In this document: piece by piece, positions 8,870 through 19,965 of the stretch
How positions within the stretch are numbered: position 1 is the first letter of the stretch
How the letters are laid out: every line of letters starts with the position of its first letter
Source: a virus
Length of the DNA: 64,000 bases
Reading direction: 5' to 3' (one strand)
IMG/VR virus record: IMGVR_UViG_3300021962_008382
Coordinates: 94,916-158,915 of that record
Translations under genes and position numbers: made by a program
Notes under the pieces: model-generated
The model's input: the letters and a program-made list of their open reading frames with translations, nothing else
Told to the model about the DNA's origin: nothing
Database searches by the model: none

Positions 8870-9076
8870 TTACACTATATTACTATTTATAAGTAATGCA
8901 TTAATCTTTTTGACTTCATTTTCAAGCAACTCAATTCGTTGCTGTTGTTTTAAGACTGTTTCAAAAAGTTTCTTCTTTTCTAAGTAAGTATTCAGACCTG
9001 CTTGATCAGTATTTATGATCGCTTTCGAGGCTGAGTCTCTTACTAAATTTGGTTTACCTTCTACTTTTAATTTCAT
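8870..9076 (-). CDS. Small conserved protein downstream of the giant structural gene
   Basis: KVEG.PNLVRD..SKAIINTD plus coiled coil, typical of T4-like phages. Confidence 0.75.
   Translation of the reverse strand: MKLKVEGKPNLVRDSASKAIINTDQAGLNTYLEKKKLFETVLKQQQRIELLENEVKKINALLINSNIV
8884..8891 (-). promoter_or_regulatory. T4-type late promoter TATAAATA
   Basis: Exact consensus upstream of ORF 8232..8858. Confidence 0.75.
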
Positions 9077-12000
9077 TATGCGAGAGCAACTAACCTCAGA
9101 TTTTTACACTTAGGGGGCTTAGCGCTATTTGTAGATAGTAATACAATCTTTAGAACTATGCCAGTAAATGGGGTTAAATTATCTATCTGTTTTTCAACTT
9201 CATAATATTCACCACCTATAGAGTTAGGAATAGTTAAACCAGTAAGCTCGGTATATTCCTTATCTTTAATTGTAGTATCACTTGGTAGTTTAAGCTTGTA
9301 GTAGATCTTTAAATCTCCGTCAGATGGTTTAGCGATATCTAAACGCAGATTGAGAGATGTGGACGGATTTAAGAAATCTACCTGCTTAGTAATGTACTTA
9401 GCGAGAGCTGACCCCCCGGTAACCGCTTCTTCAGCTACAAAAGCAATACCGTTCGTTACTGTGATTACGTTAGCTGCAGCAGCATTGGTTATTGTACCAT
9501 AAACTTTAATGTTTGCCCCGTCATCAAGAACATCGAGTACTCTAAAAGTATTAGAATTAACGTTTGAATTAGATACTGTGACAGTTGTACCTTTGGTAAT
9601 AGTAGCGGCATTTGCTTTATCTAGGGCATCAGGTATAGTTATGTATCCAGTTGTTGTAGATATATTTGTAAAATAAATGTTTGCTGATCTTGCAACTGTA
9701 ACGATTTCAGATGAGAGATTTTCATTTGCATATGTTGGAGAATTCACTATATTATTTACAAATACTGCACCAAGAGATTGTATATCAATAACCGGAGAGA
9801 GTGTAGAAGAATCGGAGGACATTTCAAGACGAAGAGTTAACGGTCTTTGACCTGACATGCTCGCGCTTATATTTGTATTTCCTGCTAAAACTTTAGTAGC
9901 TGACAACTCTGTGTCATCTTTTGTTAGAGTAGTAAAGCTAGAATCAATTGTATATCCTACAGATGTACCTTTAAGCTTGTACACTACGTCTGTACCAGCT
10001 GGAGTTAAAGTAGATATAGCAGGGTATATCGTGTCGTACTTAACATCCTGAGTAGCAAACAGTCCTGCGCCACCACCACGAGTTACAGAGGTAACGCTAG
10101 GTGTTGACGGTAAGTTGATGGTGTATGAGTTAGGCTTAACGTTAGAGACTGCAAACTGAACTCCGCTTACTGTATCAACGTTAATTCCAAATATATTACC
10201 TATGGCAACATTAGCACGCATACCATCTAAATCAAAACCACTTAATACTACATACGAGCCGTTGGTAAGACCGTGATCACTGTGAAGTACTTTCATTGTA
10301 GTCTTGTTAGGATAAACTTCTAACGGGTCGCTACCTAATTTTTTATTAGAGTATTCTGCTGGGTTAACCACAAGATCCAGGGTACCGCTAGTGCTAGTAA
10401 ACTCCGCGTTATATAATTTAAACTTAAGATCTTGCAGTTGATCTGGGGTCCAAGAAACAGCATTTTGAGACTTATATAGAACACCTACGAACGGTTGCTC
10501 TGATATAACACGATTAGTATATACATCAGTTTCACCTATCTGAGAGATCCAGACGCTGTAGTTAATAGAGCTGGTTAACAATACAATTGAATATTGTCCC
10601 GGTTCGAGATAAACTAGACCATCAAAATAAATTGTAGTTGCTGTCTGACCATCGGTCGATGTAGTAATTTGACTTGGCTGTACTACAACGCGCGAGAATG
10701 GAACTACTGTTTGCGATGGAATACCTGCAACTAGAGGTCTAATCTCTACAAACATAGGTAGGACTTCATCCTTCGAGTAGAAGAATAAATCTACCTTACT
10801 GAGATAAACCGGGGATCCGGATATTGCGAATGTTTGCGCTAACGGGTCTGTACCGTAGCACACTCTACCAGTAGATATTGATGGTGCTGCTGTGGCAGCT
10901 ATGTTATCTGTATCTGCATCACTATTATTAACGATAGAAAGAACAAAATCTTTATATCCAGCCCCATCAGGGATTGAGTCTCTGGCAATTAACGCAGCAG
11001 TTATCTCAATAGAAGCTGCACGTATGGCAGCAGCTTCATCCAATCCTCTATTAATCCAAGATTGAACACCGCCCTGCGATTGTTCGGTACCGTGCTGTTG
11101 TAATCCGCGGGCCCAGCCATCTGATACCATCTCATGAACCGCATTAAATGCAGCTAATGTTTCTGCTGACGGTACATATGCACCAGTTCTAAGATCGTCA
11201 TCAATACTGTAGACGTCTATACCGCCACCTGAATCGATATAGCTAGCCGCGACGGCTTTTTCAGCAGTAGCAGCTACTGTATTAGTATTATCTAAAATTG
11301 TTGTTAATGTGCCTTTTTCTTCCCACTTAGTAGCTGTTTCTTGATCTACGGGTATTCTAAATGCATAGCTTACAATACCATCAGAAATTGTAGGCGGTGG
11401 GGTAGAAGCAGGTTCTACTATGTTCTCACCCCCGGGGCGTACAGTAACATCTGGTACGTCTCTTCTATCATACACTGTTTCAGCTGCTGTAGGTGCAAGT
11501 CGAATTAATTCACCTGAGGACTTAAATATAGCTTCTGCTTGAGTCTCGCTATCATTCCCGTTCGTGGTAGAATCAGATAATCTAAAGATTTTATCCCCGG
11601 TAGGTAATTGTAAGAACGCGCTATCATAATAAAAAGCACCGGTAACTACCCCTTGATAATTCGTGTATAGATTACCTTTATTGATTGCCATGTCAGCGAA
11701 TACGTTACCGCTTACAGCAACATTACCTCTGCAGAATTGAGTAACATTATAATTATCAAAGTAAGCATTAAGTTTAGTGTTAGGCTTTAACCCCCTGCCA
11801 ACAAAATTAATTACAATACTTCTCATTTTTGGAATAACAACTTTCGATATTACAACATCATTAGTTGATGTATTATCTACTGTTTCAGCAACTGTATATC
11901 TCGTACCAGTTCTCTCTTCGACACGATCATTACCGTACCATACTTCGCGCCAGTCACCCCATATAGTTTCAAACGATGCATTACTATTAGTTAGAGTAGA

Positions 12001-15000
12001 AAGATTTTCATTTTGATCTTTATATACTGCAGGAGCACGAACAGTATCAAACCAGATGTCAGAAGGAGGGTTTAATTCAATAGAACCAGTGAAGTTAACG
12101 ACGCTAAATGGATTGATATTTTCGCGTCTACTTGCTGCATTATTCTGAGCTATGACATTACTTGTATACGGGAATGTAATTACATTGCCAGTAAGTGCAT
12201 AATTATTAGAAGTTCTTTGGCTTGTAGATGTATTAAGTTCTTTTAATCTTAAAGTTTTTTGAGAGAACTTAGGGCGAATTTCCCTCTTATTAAAGTCCAT
12301 GGCAATCTTATAATCAGGGTTTGTGGTATCCCCGACTCTATGACCTTCAAAGTTATCGACTAAGAACCCGTTTTTAAATCTATCAAAACCTAGACTATCT
12401 TGAATTTGGAAAGACTCTGTATCTTTTTCAAGAAGAGATAAAGTTGTATAGTATTCTAGATTTTTAACCCGATTTTCTATACGACCGATATCTCTCATCG
12501 TATAGCGTTTGTTATCAATTATTGTAATATCAATATCTTGTTGCAGATCAAAGACATAAGGCTTCTGCTTAAGAACATAAAGAAGCATTGAGTTGTCAGG
12601 GGTCTTAGGTTCTTTAGGGTCTAACGAACTTGTTCCAGCTATGTATTTAAGCGACCCAGTGCTATCTAAAACTATCTTATCTGTTCTAGCTAGATAATAA
12701 GAATAATCTGTGAAGAGAGTGTCGTTAGGTTCGGGAATTTCAGATGGGGTAACGAATGTAGCACCATCGGTATTTATTCTAGGTCTAAAATCTAAGCAAT
12801 CTCTTAGCTGATAAGTAACATCCCCAGATGTAAAAGATGGTATATCTTTATAATCAATACCCGCATAAGATGATACCGAGAAGTAATCGCCTGCTGAGTG
12901 GGTAAAGTAGCTATATGTAACTCTTACTGGGCCGGTTGGTTTTGGCTGACCAGGCTTTAGACTTATGGATCCAAGATCATAATGTGTAAGTCTTTGACCG
13001 CTGTCTAGTGTGTATCGATCAGTAATATCTGTAGCATTAGAAGATGAATATGCTGTTCCAAAAGCGTTAGCGGACATGCTAACGCTTGTTAGTTCGAAGA
13101 TATCTGCCTGACCAAGAGAAAGTGTAGACAAAGCTGCGGTATTGCTAGTTGTAAAGTCTACAGTAGTTCCGGTAACTAAAGTCTTTACTTTCTTGTCAGC
13201 AGCAGAGTTAGTCTTATCTACTGTAGCCATTACTGTGATAGTGTCCGAGCCAAAGCTCGCACCTAATGTAATAGTTAGTGTTGTACCTCCGCCCCCTATA
13301 GTAATGTTAGAGGAATAAAGCGGGGGAATTGCGCCTGTCGTTCTATCAATAATAAGATAATTTTGAGTAGAAAATCCTGCAAAAGTTTCATCTGTACCAG
13401 CGGTAATAGTAACAGAGCCGGTTGTCAGGGTTCTGTTATAGTATCTTTTCGTGGTATATACAGTTTCAATGTTTGTAGGATCGACTTCTTTAATAGACTC
13501 ATACGGGAACGGATAAATGAAAGTATCGTATTGAGTATCACTTACAGTTGCCTGCTCAACAAATCCCGCCACACCAGAGAGATTGCCTACTACTGCTGCG
13601 CTAGCAACTAATGCTACATCACTGGTAATCGAAGATACAAGTATGGTGTTGCCGTTAACTCTTAAATAGTCCCCGGTACTAAGCTCGGTAGTGAAGCGAG
13701 TACCGGTACCAGTGACAGTTGTTGAGCCATTAGTAGTATTAATTGAACCGGTAAGCAACACAGTAGACGCAGAAACGTTTGCGGTAAAGTCTGCTCCAGA
13801 AGAATTATCAAAAAATAGTTGCCTAACATCCTGCTCGAACACATAACCAGTGCTCATGGATATATCGAATAAGTAGCATTTGTAAATAGCGGATGAACCT
13901 GATCCAGAAACATACTCGATATGTCTAACTCTTGCTGTACCTACTTGTGTACCGGAAGCAGTACCATTAGCTGCAGTGTAGGTATTATAGAGTTTTACGC
14001 GACTTAAAGTTGTAAAATCTGGTGCTGAATACATCCCCGTAATTAGAATATAGTTTCCGACAGTAAGCGATACTGGAGAGTTGTTTAGGGATATGAAATC
14101 TCGTGCCTTCGTTGCATTAAGATAACGGGTCTTTAGATTATCTATTTCATACCCTTGCACATACGCTTTACCTGGGGTTATAACGTTAACAAATAATTGA
14201 CTATTGCCGTTAACGTTTGCGGTAAGTAAACCATCTCGTACGCTGGTATTGCTTGTTCTTAGATGTTCGATAAGCTCTAAGCCATAAGGTCTAACAACAT
14301 AATTACCTGACTCATCATATGTTCTTCTAGCTAGTGTATCACCTAGAACGTTGTAATCTGTGTTTATTTTTTGATTTACAACAAAACCATCTTCTATTCT
14401 AAGAAGTTCTATAAAATTAACATCGTCTGCGGCAGTTGCAGTTAAATCTCTAGCTTCTAAAGTAAGAGTAATTGAATAGCGATCGGCTCCAGGGGCAAAA
14501 TAATTTGAAGATCCTAAAGCTGGGTCTAATAGATCAATATCATCTTGACTTGTTATAAAAGATTCTGTTATTACAAAGCCAGCCACTTTATTAAGACCGG
14601 CTGATTCACCACCGGTATATTTTGAGATTAAAACAGTTTGTTCGTCAAAATAAACAAGATTATTCTTTGTAAATATAACCCCGGAACGAATAGTTAAGGC
14701 TGTACCTACACCCGTAGCGCTAGATGATGCAACTGTTAGTGTGGTTGTAGAATCAGCGACTTGAAGTGTTTCGCTCGCTGTAAACCCGGTAGCTGTTCTA
14801 CTTGTACCTGAATCAAGATACTTTACATAGATAGTGGGAGGATCGTTATTTTCTGATTTAACTGCTTTCAGAATAATAGCGTTAACACCTGATGTTTGAC
14901 CGGTTATCTTACTACCTACCAAACTTTCGATAATTCCGTTATCTGCTGCTGTAAGTTTAACAAACTTATAGTAGTAGTCAATTTGCTGCTGTCCGTTTAA

Positions 15001-15183
15001 TACAAGCGAACCTTCTTTAAAAAAGTGCTTACCCAAATAACCAATTTGAGTCTGTATTTGAGTTTGAAGCTGAGTTAATTCTCTAGCCTGGACTGCACGA
15101 CCAGGTCTAAAAAGAATACGATAGAAGCCTTTAGATTCGCTAAAATCATCATAGTATGGGGCGGCATTAAATTCCAGCGTCAT
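9076..15183 (-). CDS. Large virion structural protein (DUF4815/VrlC-like)
   Basis: PYYDDF...RILFRPGRAVQARELTQLQ; LARRTYDESGNY; RYTMRDIGRIENRV.NLEYYT.LSLLE; DPLAQTF; ends LRLVALA. Confidence 0.9.
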   Translation of the reverse strand: MTLEFNAAPYYDDFSESKGFYRILFRPGRAVQARELTQLQTQIQTQIGYLGKHFFKEGSLVLNGQQQIDYYYKFVKLTAADNGIIESLVGSKITGQTSGVNAIILKAVKSENNDPPTIYVKYLDSGTSRTATGFTASETLQVADSTTTLTVASSSATGVGTALTIRSGVIFTKNNLVYFDEQTVLISKYTGGESAGLNKVAGFVITESFITSQDDIDLLDPALGSSNYFAPGADRYSITLTLEARDLTATAADDVNFIELLRIEDGFVVNQKINTDYNVLGDTLARRTYDESGNYVVRPYGLELIEHLRTSNTSVRDGLLTANVNGNSQLFVNVITPGKAYVQGYEIDNLKTRYLNATKARDFISLNNSPVSLTVGNYILITGMYSAPDFTTLSRVKLYNTYTAANGTASGTQVGTARVRHIEYVSGSGSSAIYKCYLFDISMSTGYVFEQDVRQLFFDNSSGADFTANVSASTVLLTGSINTTNGSTTVTGTGTRFTTELSTGDYLRVNGNTILVSSITSDVALVASAAVVGNLSGVAGFVEQATVSDTQYDTFIYPFPYESIKEVDPTNIETVYTTKRYYNRTLTTGSVTITAGTDETFAGFSTQNYLIIDRTTGAIPPLYSSNITIGGGGTTLTITLGASFGSDTITVMATVDKTNSAADKKVKTLVTGTTVDFTTSNTAALSTLSLGQADIFELTSVSMSANAFGTAYSSSNATDITDRYTLDSGQRLTHYDLGSISLKPGQPKPTGPVRVTYSYFTHSAGDYFSVSSYAGIDYKDIPSFTSGDVTYQLRDCLDFRPRINTDGATFVTPSEIPEPNDTLFTDYSYYLARTDKIVLDSTGSLKYIAGTSSLDPKEPKTPDNSMLLYVLKQKPYVFDLQQDIDITIIDNKRYTMRDIGRIENRVKNLEYYTTLSLLEKDTESFQIQDSLGFDRFKNGFLVDNFEGHRVGDTTNPDYKIAMDFNKREIRPKFSQKTLRLKELNTSTSQRTSNNYALTGNVITFPYTSNVIAQNNAASRRENINPFSVVNFTGSIELNPPSDIWFDTVRAPAVYKDQNENLSTLTNSNASFETIWGDWREVWYGNDRVEERTGTRYTVAETVDNTSTNDVVISKVVIPKMRSIVINFVGRGLKPNTKLNAYFDNYNVTQFCRGNVAVSGNVFADMAINKGNLYTNYQGVVTGAFYYDSAFLQLPTGDKIFRLSDSTTNGNDSETQAEAIFKSSGELIRLAPTAAETVYDRRDVPDVTVRPGGENIVEPASTPPPTISDGIVSYAFRIPVDQETATKWEEKGTLTTILDNTNTVAATAEKAVAASYIDSGGGIDVYSIDDDLRTGAYVPSAETLAAFNAVHEMVSDGWARGLQQHGTEQSQGGVQSWINRGLDEAAAIRAASIEITAALIARDSIPDGAGYKDFVLSIVNNSDADTDNIAATAAPSISTGRVCYGTDPLAQTFAISGSPVYLSKVDLFFYSKDEVLPMFVEIRPLVAGIPSQTVVPFSRVVVQPSQITTSTDGQTATTIYFDGLVYLEPGQYSIVLLTSSINYSVWISQIGETDVYTNRVISEQPFVGVLYKSQNAVSWTPDQLQDLKFKLYNAEFTSTSGTLDLVVNPAEYSNKKLGSDPLEVYPNKTTMKVLHSDHGLTNGSYVVLSGFDLDGMRANVAIGNIFGINVDTVSGVQFAVSNVKPNSYTINLPSTPSVTSVTRGGGAGLFATQDVKYDTIYPAISTLTPAGTDVVYKLKGTSVGYTIDSSFTTLTKDDTELSATKVLAGNTNISASMSGQRPLTLRLEMSSDSSTLSPVIDIQSLGAVFVNNIVNSPTYANENLSSEIVTVARSANIYFTNISTTTGYITIPDALDKANAATITKGTTVTVSNSNVNSNTFRVLDVLDDGANIKVYGTITNAAAANVITVTNGIAFVAEEAVTGGSALAKYITKQVDFLNPSTSLNLRLDIAKPSDGDLKIYYKLKLPSDTTIKDKEYTELTGLTIPNSIGGEYYEVEKQIDNLTPFTGIVLKIVLLSTNSAKPPKCKNLRLVALA

Positions 15184-15192
15184 GACCTACCT

Positions 15193-17784
15193 TTAATAAG
15201 TGAATACGGATTTTATTGATATTGATTGATTTTCAGTGGGTGTAAATGCAAGGCGATTATCTATATAAATTATCTTGCCAGAATATTTATCAACATCTGG
15301 AGTAGTTATATCAGTAGCGAACACCGTATTACCTAAGTAAGTAAACGTATCGTTAGCTGCTGGGGCTTTATCTTCTAACGGTGTAAGCAGCATAGCATTA
15401 TTTTCTGAGGTAATAATTTTAAATGTTGCACCATCGGACACTCTGCTTATAATTGCATCTTCCGTGAATACAGATGTGTTAACGTTACCAGAAACTAACC
15501 AGCAAGCTGAGCCGGTAATGTTATTAAAAAATCCAGTATCGCCGTAGCGACGCATATCTTTAATAAGACCAATTTGTCGAAAATCGTTCGTTACAACTAA
15601 ACCCTGATTTTTATCAGTACCTATTGTTGTATAGAAAGCAAGCGATCTCGCGTGGAGTTCTGATACTGGATCTCTACCGTGACCGTAGTATGGGGCAATT
15701 ATAGGTCTTGCCGCAGCGCCTGCACCTGTAGTATTAGAGGTAATAACTACATCTGCTTCAGTGTAGTTTTGCCCTTCAGTCAGTACATTTATTTTAGTTA
15801 CCCTTCCGTTGATTACTGTTGCATTTGCGGTACATCCCGTACCATTACCATTCACTGTAACAGTTACGTTACCCGGGTAGTTATATCCTTGTGATACAAC
15901 TTTAATAGCATGAATAGCACCCGGTACGGCTAATATTTCGCTCGTTGCTTGTACGGAATCAACATCACCTTCAACAAAGGATACCTCGAATTCAGCGTTA
16001 TCACCATCCCCTTCTGCAGTTACTGATGCGTAAGTATAACCTATACCACCATCTTGTATCTGAAAATTAACTATTTTACCCCCATCAACAACAGGGTAAA
16101 TAATAGCTTCTGATTTTTCTCCTCTCAACACCGCTGTTGCGTTAGAGCCAGCTCCGGTGATGGTAACGTTTGGTATACGATTGTATCCTGAGCCGTACTT
16201 TAAAGTGGCTGTTGCGGTTGCTCTAAACCCAGCATACGCTAAGTTAGCTGTTCCGAATGTCTGAGTACCTGTAGTATGTGTTGGCGGGGTTGCATTAGCA
16301 GTTCCCCCTGCTGTGCAGGTGTACAACCTTGTGTTGTAATATACCTGTGTGTTTATATCTAAGTTAGCATTAGCTACCCAACCGCTTCCTATCACAACTG
16401 TAGGTGCAGTAGTAAAATCTTTACCGCTGCTAACCATTACAACTCTGCCTACAGAATTACCATTCAACGTAGTAATAGCAGATGCCCCGGTACCTCCTCC
16501 CCCTGATATAGTAACATTAGGAGCATCAAGATACCCCGATCCACCTTCGCTTAGAGTAATATAACTAACAGCCCCGTTTAAATCTTTAAGTGTATCGATA
16601 GTACCAGCAGCTGTAACGTTAGCATTAGCAGTGAATGTTGTAGCTCTGTATTTTAATCCTACGGTTCCATTGCTTGTTGTACCACGAGTATGTACGGGGC
16701 CAGATGCACCTGATATGCCAGATTTTACAACTTCGTAAATGTTGTTTTGAAAATTTAAATACTGACCTGTAAAGTATGTATTTGATGATAACCAGTTTGT
16801 TGTACCTGAAATAGGGGGTTCTATAGTTACTGTAGTATTACCAGAGTAATACCCACTACCAGCATTCTCGACAACGGCTTGAATAATAACACATGGATTA
16901 TCTTCCTGATAACCATCACCTACAACTACCAGGGAAGCATATGTATAGTTATCCCCGGAATTAATTATATTAATTTTTCTAATTTCCCCGCTAGAATAAA
17001 ATTGATCGCTAAGCGATGTTTTAACCGGCATTTTTGTTGCGGATAAAAACTTACTCTGTAAGGACAGGGGAATCGTACCTATAAATTTCCATTTGTACCC
17101 GTCGCTGAGTGTAAACGGTTCAGGTTGAGTGGAGATAGGCTTAACTGTTGACAGTGAATCATTGTTGTTGTTTAGACATTTGTAGATATGATAATCTTCA
17201 GTTAATACATAGAAGTTTGCGTCTTGTATAGTATTAGCGCCAGAGTAAGAATACCCTAAAACCGCGTTAGCTAGAGCACCGGACCCGTAAGTATCTGTTA
17301 TGTTAATACTAATATTAGCAACATTATTTGTATAACCATATCCATTATTAAGCATCGTTATCGCAGTTATCACACCGTCTGTAATCGTAAGATTAGCAGT
17401 CGCACCTATACCGTTGCCCCCGGTAATAGATATAGCAGTATTAGCGCTATAATTTGATCCACCGTTTATTAAATTAATACCTATAATTTGATCTGAGCAT
17501 TGATCATCATACATATCATAAACAGTATTAGCGGTCCAATTAACCCGGTCAACGACATAGCTAACATCCCCCGGTTGCACCTGCTTTACTGAAACTATTC
17601 TTCGGCGAACGTATTGTTCGTATGAAGGTGAATCAACCGGGGTAGGGGGATTATCTGGATCATCCCACTCAACTACTTGACCAATAAAATAGAAGTACTT
17701 ACCTGCTCTCGAGGTAACTTCGTCATAAACAGCATCTGCTACTGTTGTAAATAGCAGTGGTTTAGTTAGAGTGGTAGATGACAT
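15193..17784 (-). CDS. gp8: Baseplate wedge subunit gp8-like, with Gly-rich repeat insertions
   Basis: R.NW...VYDMY; YKCLNNN; DGYKWKF; GHG.DP..EL; DVDKYSG.IIYIDNR. Confidence 0.8.
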   Translation of the reverse strand: MSSTTLTKPLLFTTVADAVYDEVTSRAGKYFYFIGQVVEWDDPDNPPTPVDSPSYEQYVRRRIVSVKQVQPGDVSYVVDRVNWTANTVYDMYDDQCSDQIIGINLINGGSNYSANTAISITGGNGIGATANLTITDGVITAITMLNNGYGYTNNVANISINITDTYGSGALANAVLGYSYSGANTIQDANFYVLTEDYHIYKCLNNNNDSLSTVKPISTQPEPFTLSDGYKWKFIGTIPLSLQSKFLSATKMPVKTSLSDQFYSSGEIRKINIINSGDNYTYASLVVVGDGYQEDNPCVIIQAVVENAGSGYYSGNTTVTIEPPISGTTNWLSSNTYFTGQYLNFQNNIYEVVKSGISGASGPVHTRGTTSNGTVGLKYRATTFTANANVTAAGTIDTLKDLNGAVSYITLSEGGSGYLDAPNVTISGGGGTGASAITTLNGNSVGRVVMVSSGKDFTTAPTVVIGSGWVANANLDINTQVYYNTRLYTCTAGGTANATPPTHTTGTQTFGTANLAYAGFRATATATLKYGSGYNRIPNVTITGAGSNATAVLRGEKSEAIIYPVVDGGKIVNFQIQDGGIGYTYASVTAEGDGDNAEFEVSFVEGDVDSVQATSEILAVPGAIHAIKVVSQGYNYPGNVTVTVNGNGTGCTANATVINGRVTKINVLTEGQNYTEADVVITSNTTGAGAAARPIIAPYYGHGRDPVSELHARSLAFYTTIGTDKNQGLVVTNDFRQIGLIKDMRRYGDTGFFNNITGSACWLVSGNVNTSVFTEDAIISRVSDGATFKIITSENNAMLLTPLEDKAPAANDTFTYLGNTVFATDITTPDVDKYSGKIIYIDNRLAFTPTENQSISIKSVFTY

Positions 17785-17785
17785 G

Positions 17786-18250
17786 TTATACTATCGAGAT
17801 CGTCCAGGTAATCGTAATAGCATCACTTGCAGATTTATTAATTACGGGGAACACAGTTCTACACAACATTGAACCCGTGGTACCATTGTTAAAAATGCCA
17901 GCCTCAGCAAGCGCACCTGTACCTGTACCTGCAGGATAAGATGCAGAATACGAAATAGTATTTGATGATGGGGAACCACCCGCAACCGTTAGTGCCACTC
18001 TAGCAAGCTCAGTTTCTAGAGTTGTATTGCCAACTACAGGTGATGTATTACCAGTTCCTACTGCCATATGGCTCATAACAGCAGCGGTATTACCTGCTAG
18101 GCGAGCGGCAATTACCGACTTACCTGCAGTAACCACAAGATTCTTGTGATGGTACTCTTCTCTCGCACCATCAACTTCTGATGTCTTTACAACAATTAAA
18201 TCGCCAACAACTTTTAGATTGTTGGAAATATCTTCATTAAAGGTTAGCAT
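17786..18250 (-). CDS. Baseplate/tail fibre attachment protein
   Basis: NLVVTAG...SHMAVGTG...EAGIFN...MLCRTVF.VINK...ITWTI. Confidence 0.7.
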   Translation of the reverse strand: MLTFNEDISNNLKVVGDLIVVKTSEVDGAREEYHHKNLVVTAGKSVIAARLAGNTAAVMSHMAVGTGNTSPVVGNTTLETELARVALTVAGGSPSSNTISYSASYPAGTGTGALAEAGIFNNGTTGSMLCRTVFPVINKSASDAITITWTISIV

Positions 18251-18275
18251 TAGTTTCTCCTACGGGATATTCTAT

Positions 18276-18283
18276 TATTTATA
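18276..18283 (-). promoter_or_regulatory. T4-type late promoter TATAAATA
   Basis: Exact consensus, intergenic, followed by GGAG SD. Confidence 0.8.
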
Positions 18284-18288
18284 ATAAA

Positions 18289-19965
18289 CTACGATACAGT
18301 TATATCTATTTCATCGCTGAAAGATATAAAGCTTGCACTTAGATTTTCAACATAGTCTTCTAAGAAATACTCTGAAGCATACGGTGCTTCAGTTGTAATG
18401 AAATTTAACGATATATCCAACGATAACGAATCAGTAATAGAAATATTGCTTTCTATATTACTAGAGATTTCTAAAACATGAAAATCGGATACGGTTGTGT
18501 TACTGGCTTGAACTGCCCCGTACAGATAGGTAAAGTTATCATTTGGTGTAGTATTGTCCGATAAGATCTTAGACATACTATATTGAAGAGAGTCAACAGC
18601 AGAATAAGAGTCTGTAAGTATACTTCTTAAGAAGTTAACAGTTGACGCTATTTCAGTAATAACGTTGAAATTAGATTCAAGGACTAACTCACCAAACATT
18701 CGTGTACCTGCAGGATGAATAATATCCATCACTGCTTTTTTGTATTTTTCTAACCGTTCGTCTATACGGAGAACATAAGAATACGGTTGATAATAGGCAT
18801 CGTCCTCAAGATACATAACATCACTTAAGAAGCCATCTGTAGTATCATAATGACCTGGATAATTAATTACTGAGCCAAGCTCTACGAATATGGAAGCGTC
18901 AGATAATGAGCCAAGAGATGTTGATCCTAGATCTGATATGGCTGTAGAAGTTACAAAGTCTCTTAATAAAGTACCAGTAAAATCTTCAGCGAAATAACTT
19001 AGAGCATAATTACCTTCTAGTGATACTGTACCACGATCTACAAAACCTCTAGTGCTATCTGTAATAGTAGCTGCACCACCAATGAAGGTAAAGGTTGTAG
19101 ATGCGGGCGCACGCGTAGAAGAGGTAAAGAAATTATAAAAATCACTAGTGTATCCTATACCAGAACTTACTAGCTGTACGTTTACAATACCCCCACCAGT
19201 AGATATTTTAGTTACTTTAATTCTTGTGGTATTACCTGCACCGGCTTCTAAAGTAAAAACATCGCCCACTCTGAAGCCTGTCCCGGGGTTTGAAATTGTA
19301 AACTTATTAGGTACAGCGATTACAATCCCTTTATAATTAGGGGCTTCAACTCTATCCCCTACATTAATTGGAACGTTCTGTCTATTATCAATAAAAAATT
19401 CAAATATATCTTCACTTATACCGGCAAGAGAAGAGCATATATCTTTTTCTTGAACAAATAAAGTATACTGAGATGTATCCGATGTAATTAGTACGTTTTT
19501 ATCTAAGATTGTATCAGGATTACCGTATACAGTTTGGAGAAAAATTGAACTTCTTTGAATCCATTTGCCGTCAGATGCTCTAAGTATTTGATTAGACGGG
19601 TAATAAACTTCTACCTCTTTATCAAATAATAATCTAAAAAGTAAATGAAAACCTTTTTCGGTACCTTTACTTGTATACAGATCTTTTATTTTTTTAACTA
19701 AAACTTTCTTATCTAAGGAGGCAATTCTAGGTATATCGTCGCAGTACTGTCTTTGAAAATTCTCTATAAAGCTAGTTATAGTTCTATCAACATCATTATA
19801 TGAAAGAGCGTTTTGTAAAACTTCTTGTGCACCGCTATCTTGCTCTAAAAACTTATAGTATGCTTCTACGAAAGCAACAAATGTAGGAAAGTCGCTCTGT
19901 ACAAACTCAGGTACTTGATTGCTAACTATCGCTGATAGTTTTTCTGTTATTCTAGTCGTGGTCAT
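18289..19965 (-). CDS. gp7: Baseplate wedge subunit gp7-like
   Basis: QVPEFV...F.EAYYKFLE; KDLY.SKGT; ILRASDGKW; YYQPYSYV...HPAGTRMFGE; follows gp6. Confidence 0.8.
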   Translation of the reverse strand: MTTTRITEKLSAIVSNQVPEFVQSDFPTFVAFVEAYYKFLEQDSGAQEVLQNALSYNDVDRTITSFIENFQRQYCDDIPRIASLDKKVLVKKIKDLYTSKGTEKGFHLLFRLLFDKEVEVYYPSNQILRASDGKWIQRSSIFLQTVYGNPDTILDKNVLITSDTSQYTLFVQEKDICSSLAGISEDIFEFFIDNRQNVPINVGDRVEAPNYKGIVIAVPNKFTISNPGTGFRVGDVFTLEAGAGNTTRIKVTKISTGGGIVNVQLVSSGIGYTSDFYNFFTSSTRAPASTTFTFIGGAATITDSTRGFVDRGTVSLEGNYALSYFAEDFTGTLLRDFVTSTAISDLGSTSLGSLSDASIFVELGSVINYPGHYDTTDGFLSDVMYLEDDAYYQPYSYVLRIDERLEKYKKAVMDIIHPAGTRMFGELVLESNFNVITEIASTVNFLRSILTDSYSAVDSLQYSMSKILSDNTTPNDNFTYLYGAVQASNTTVSDFHVLEISSNIESNISITDSLSLDISLNFITTEAPYASEYFLEDYVENLSASFISFSDEIDITVS

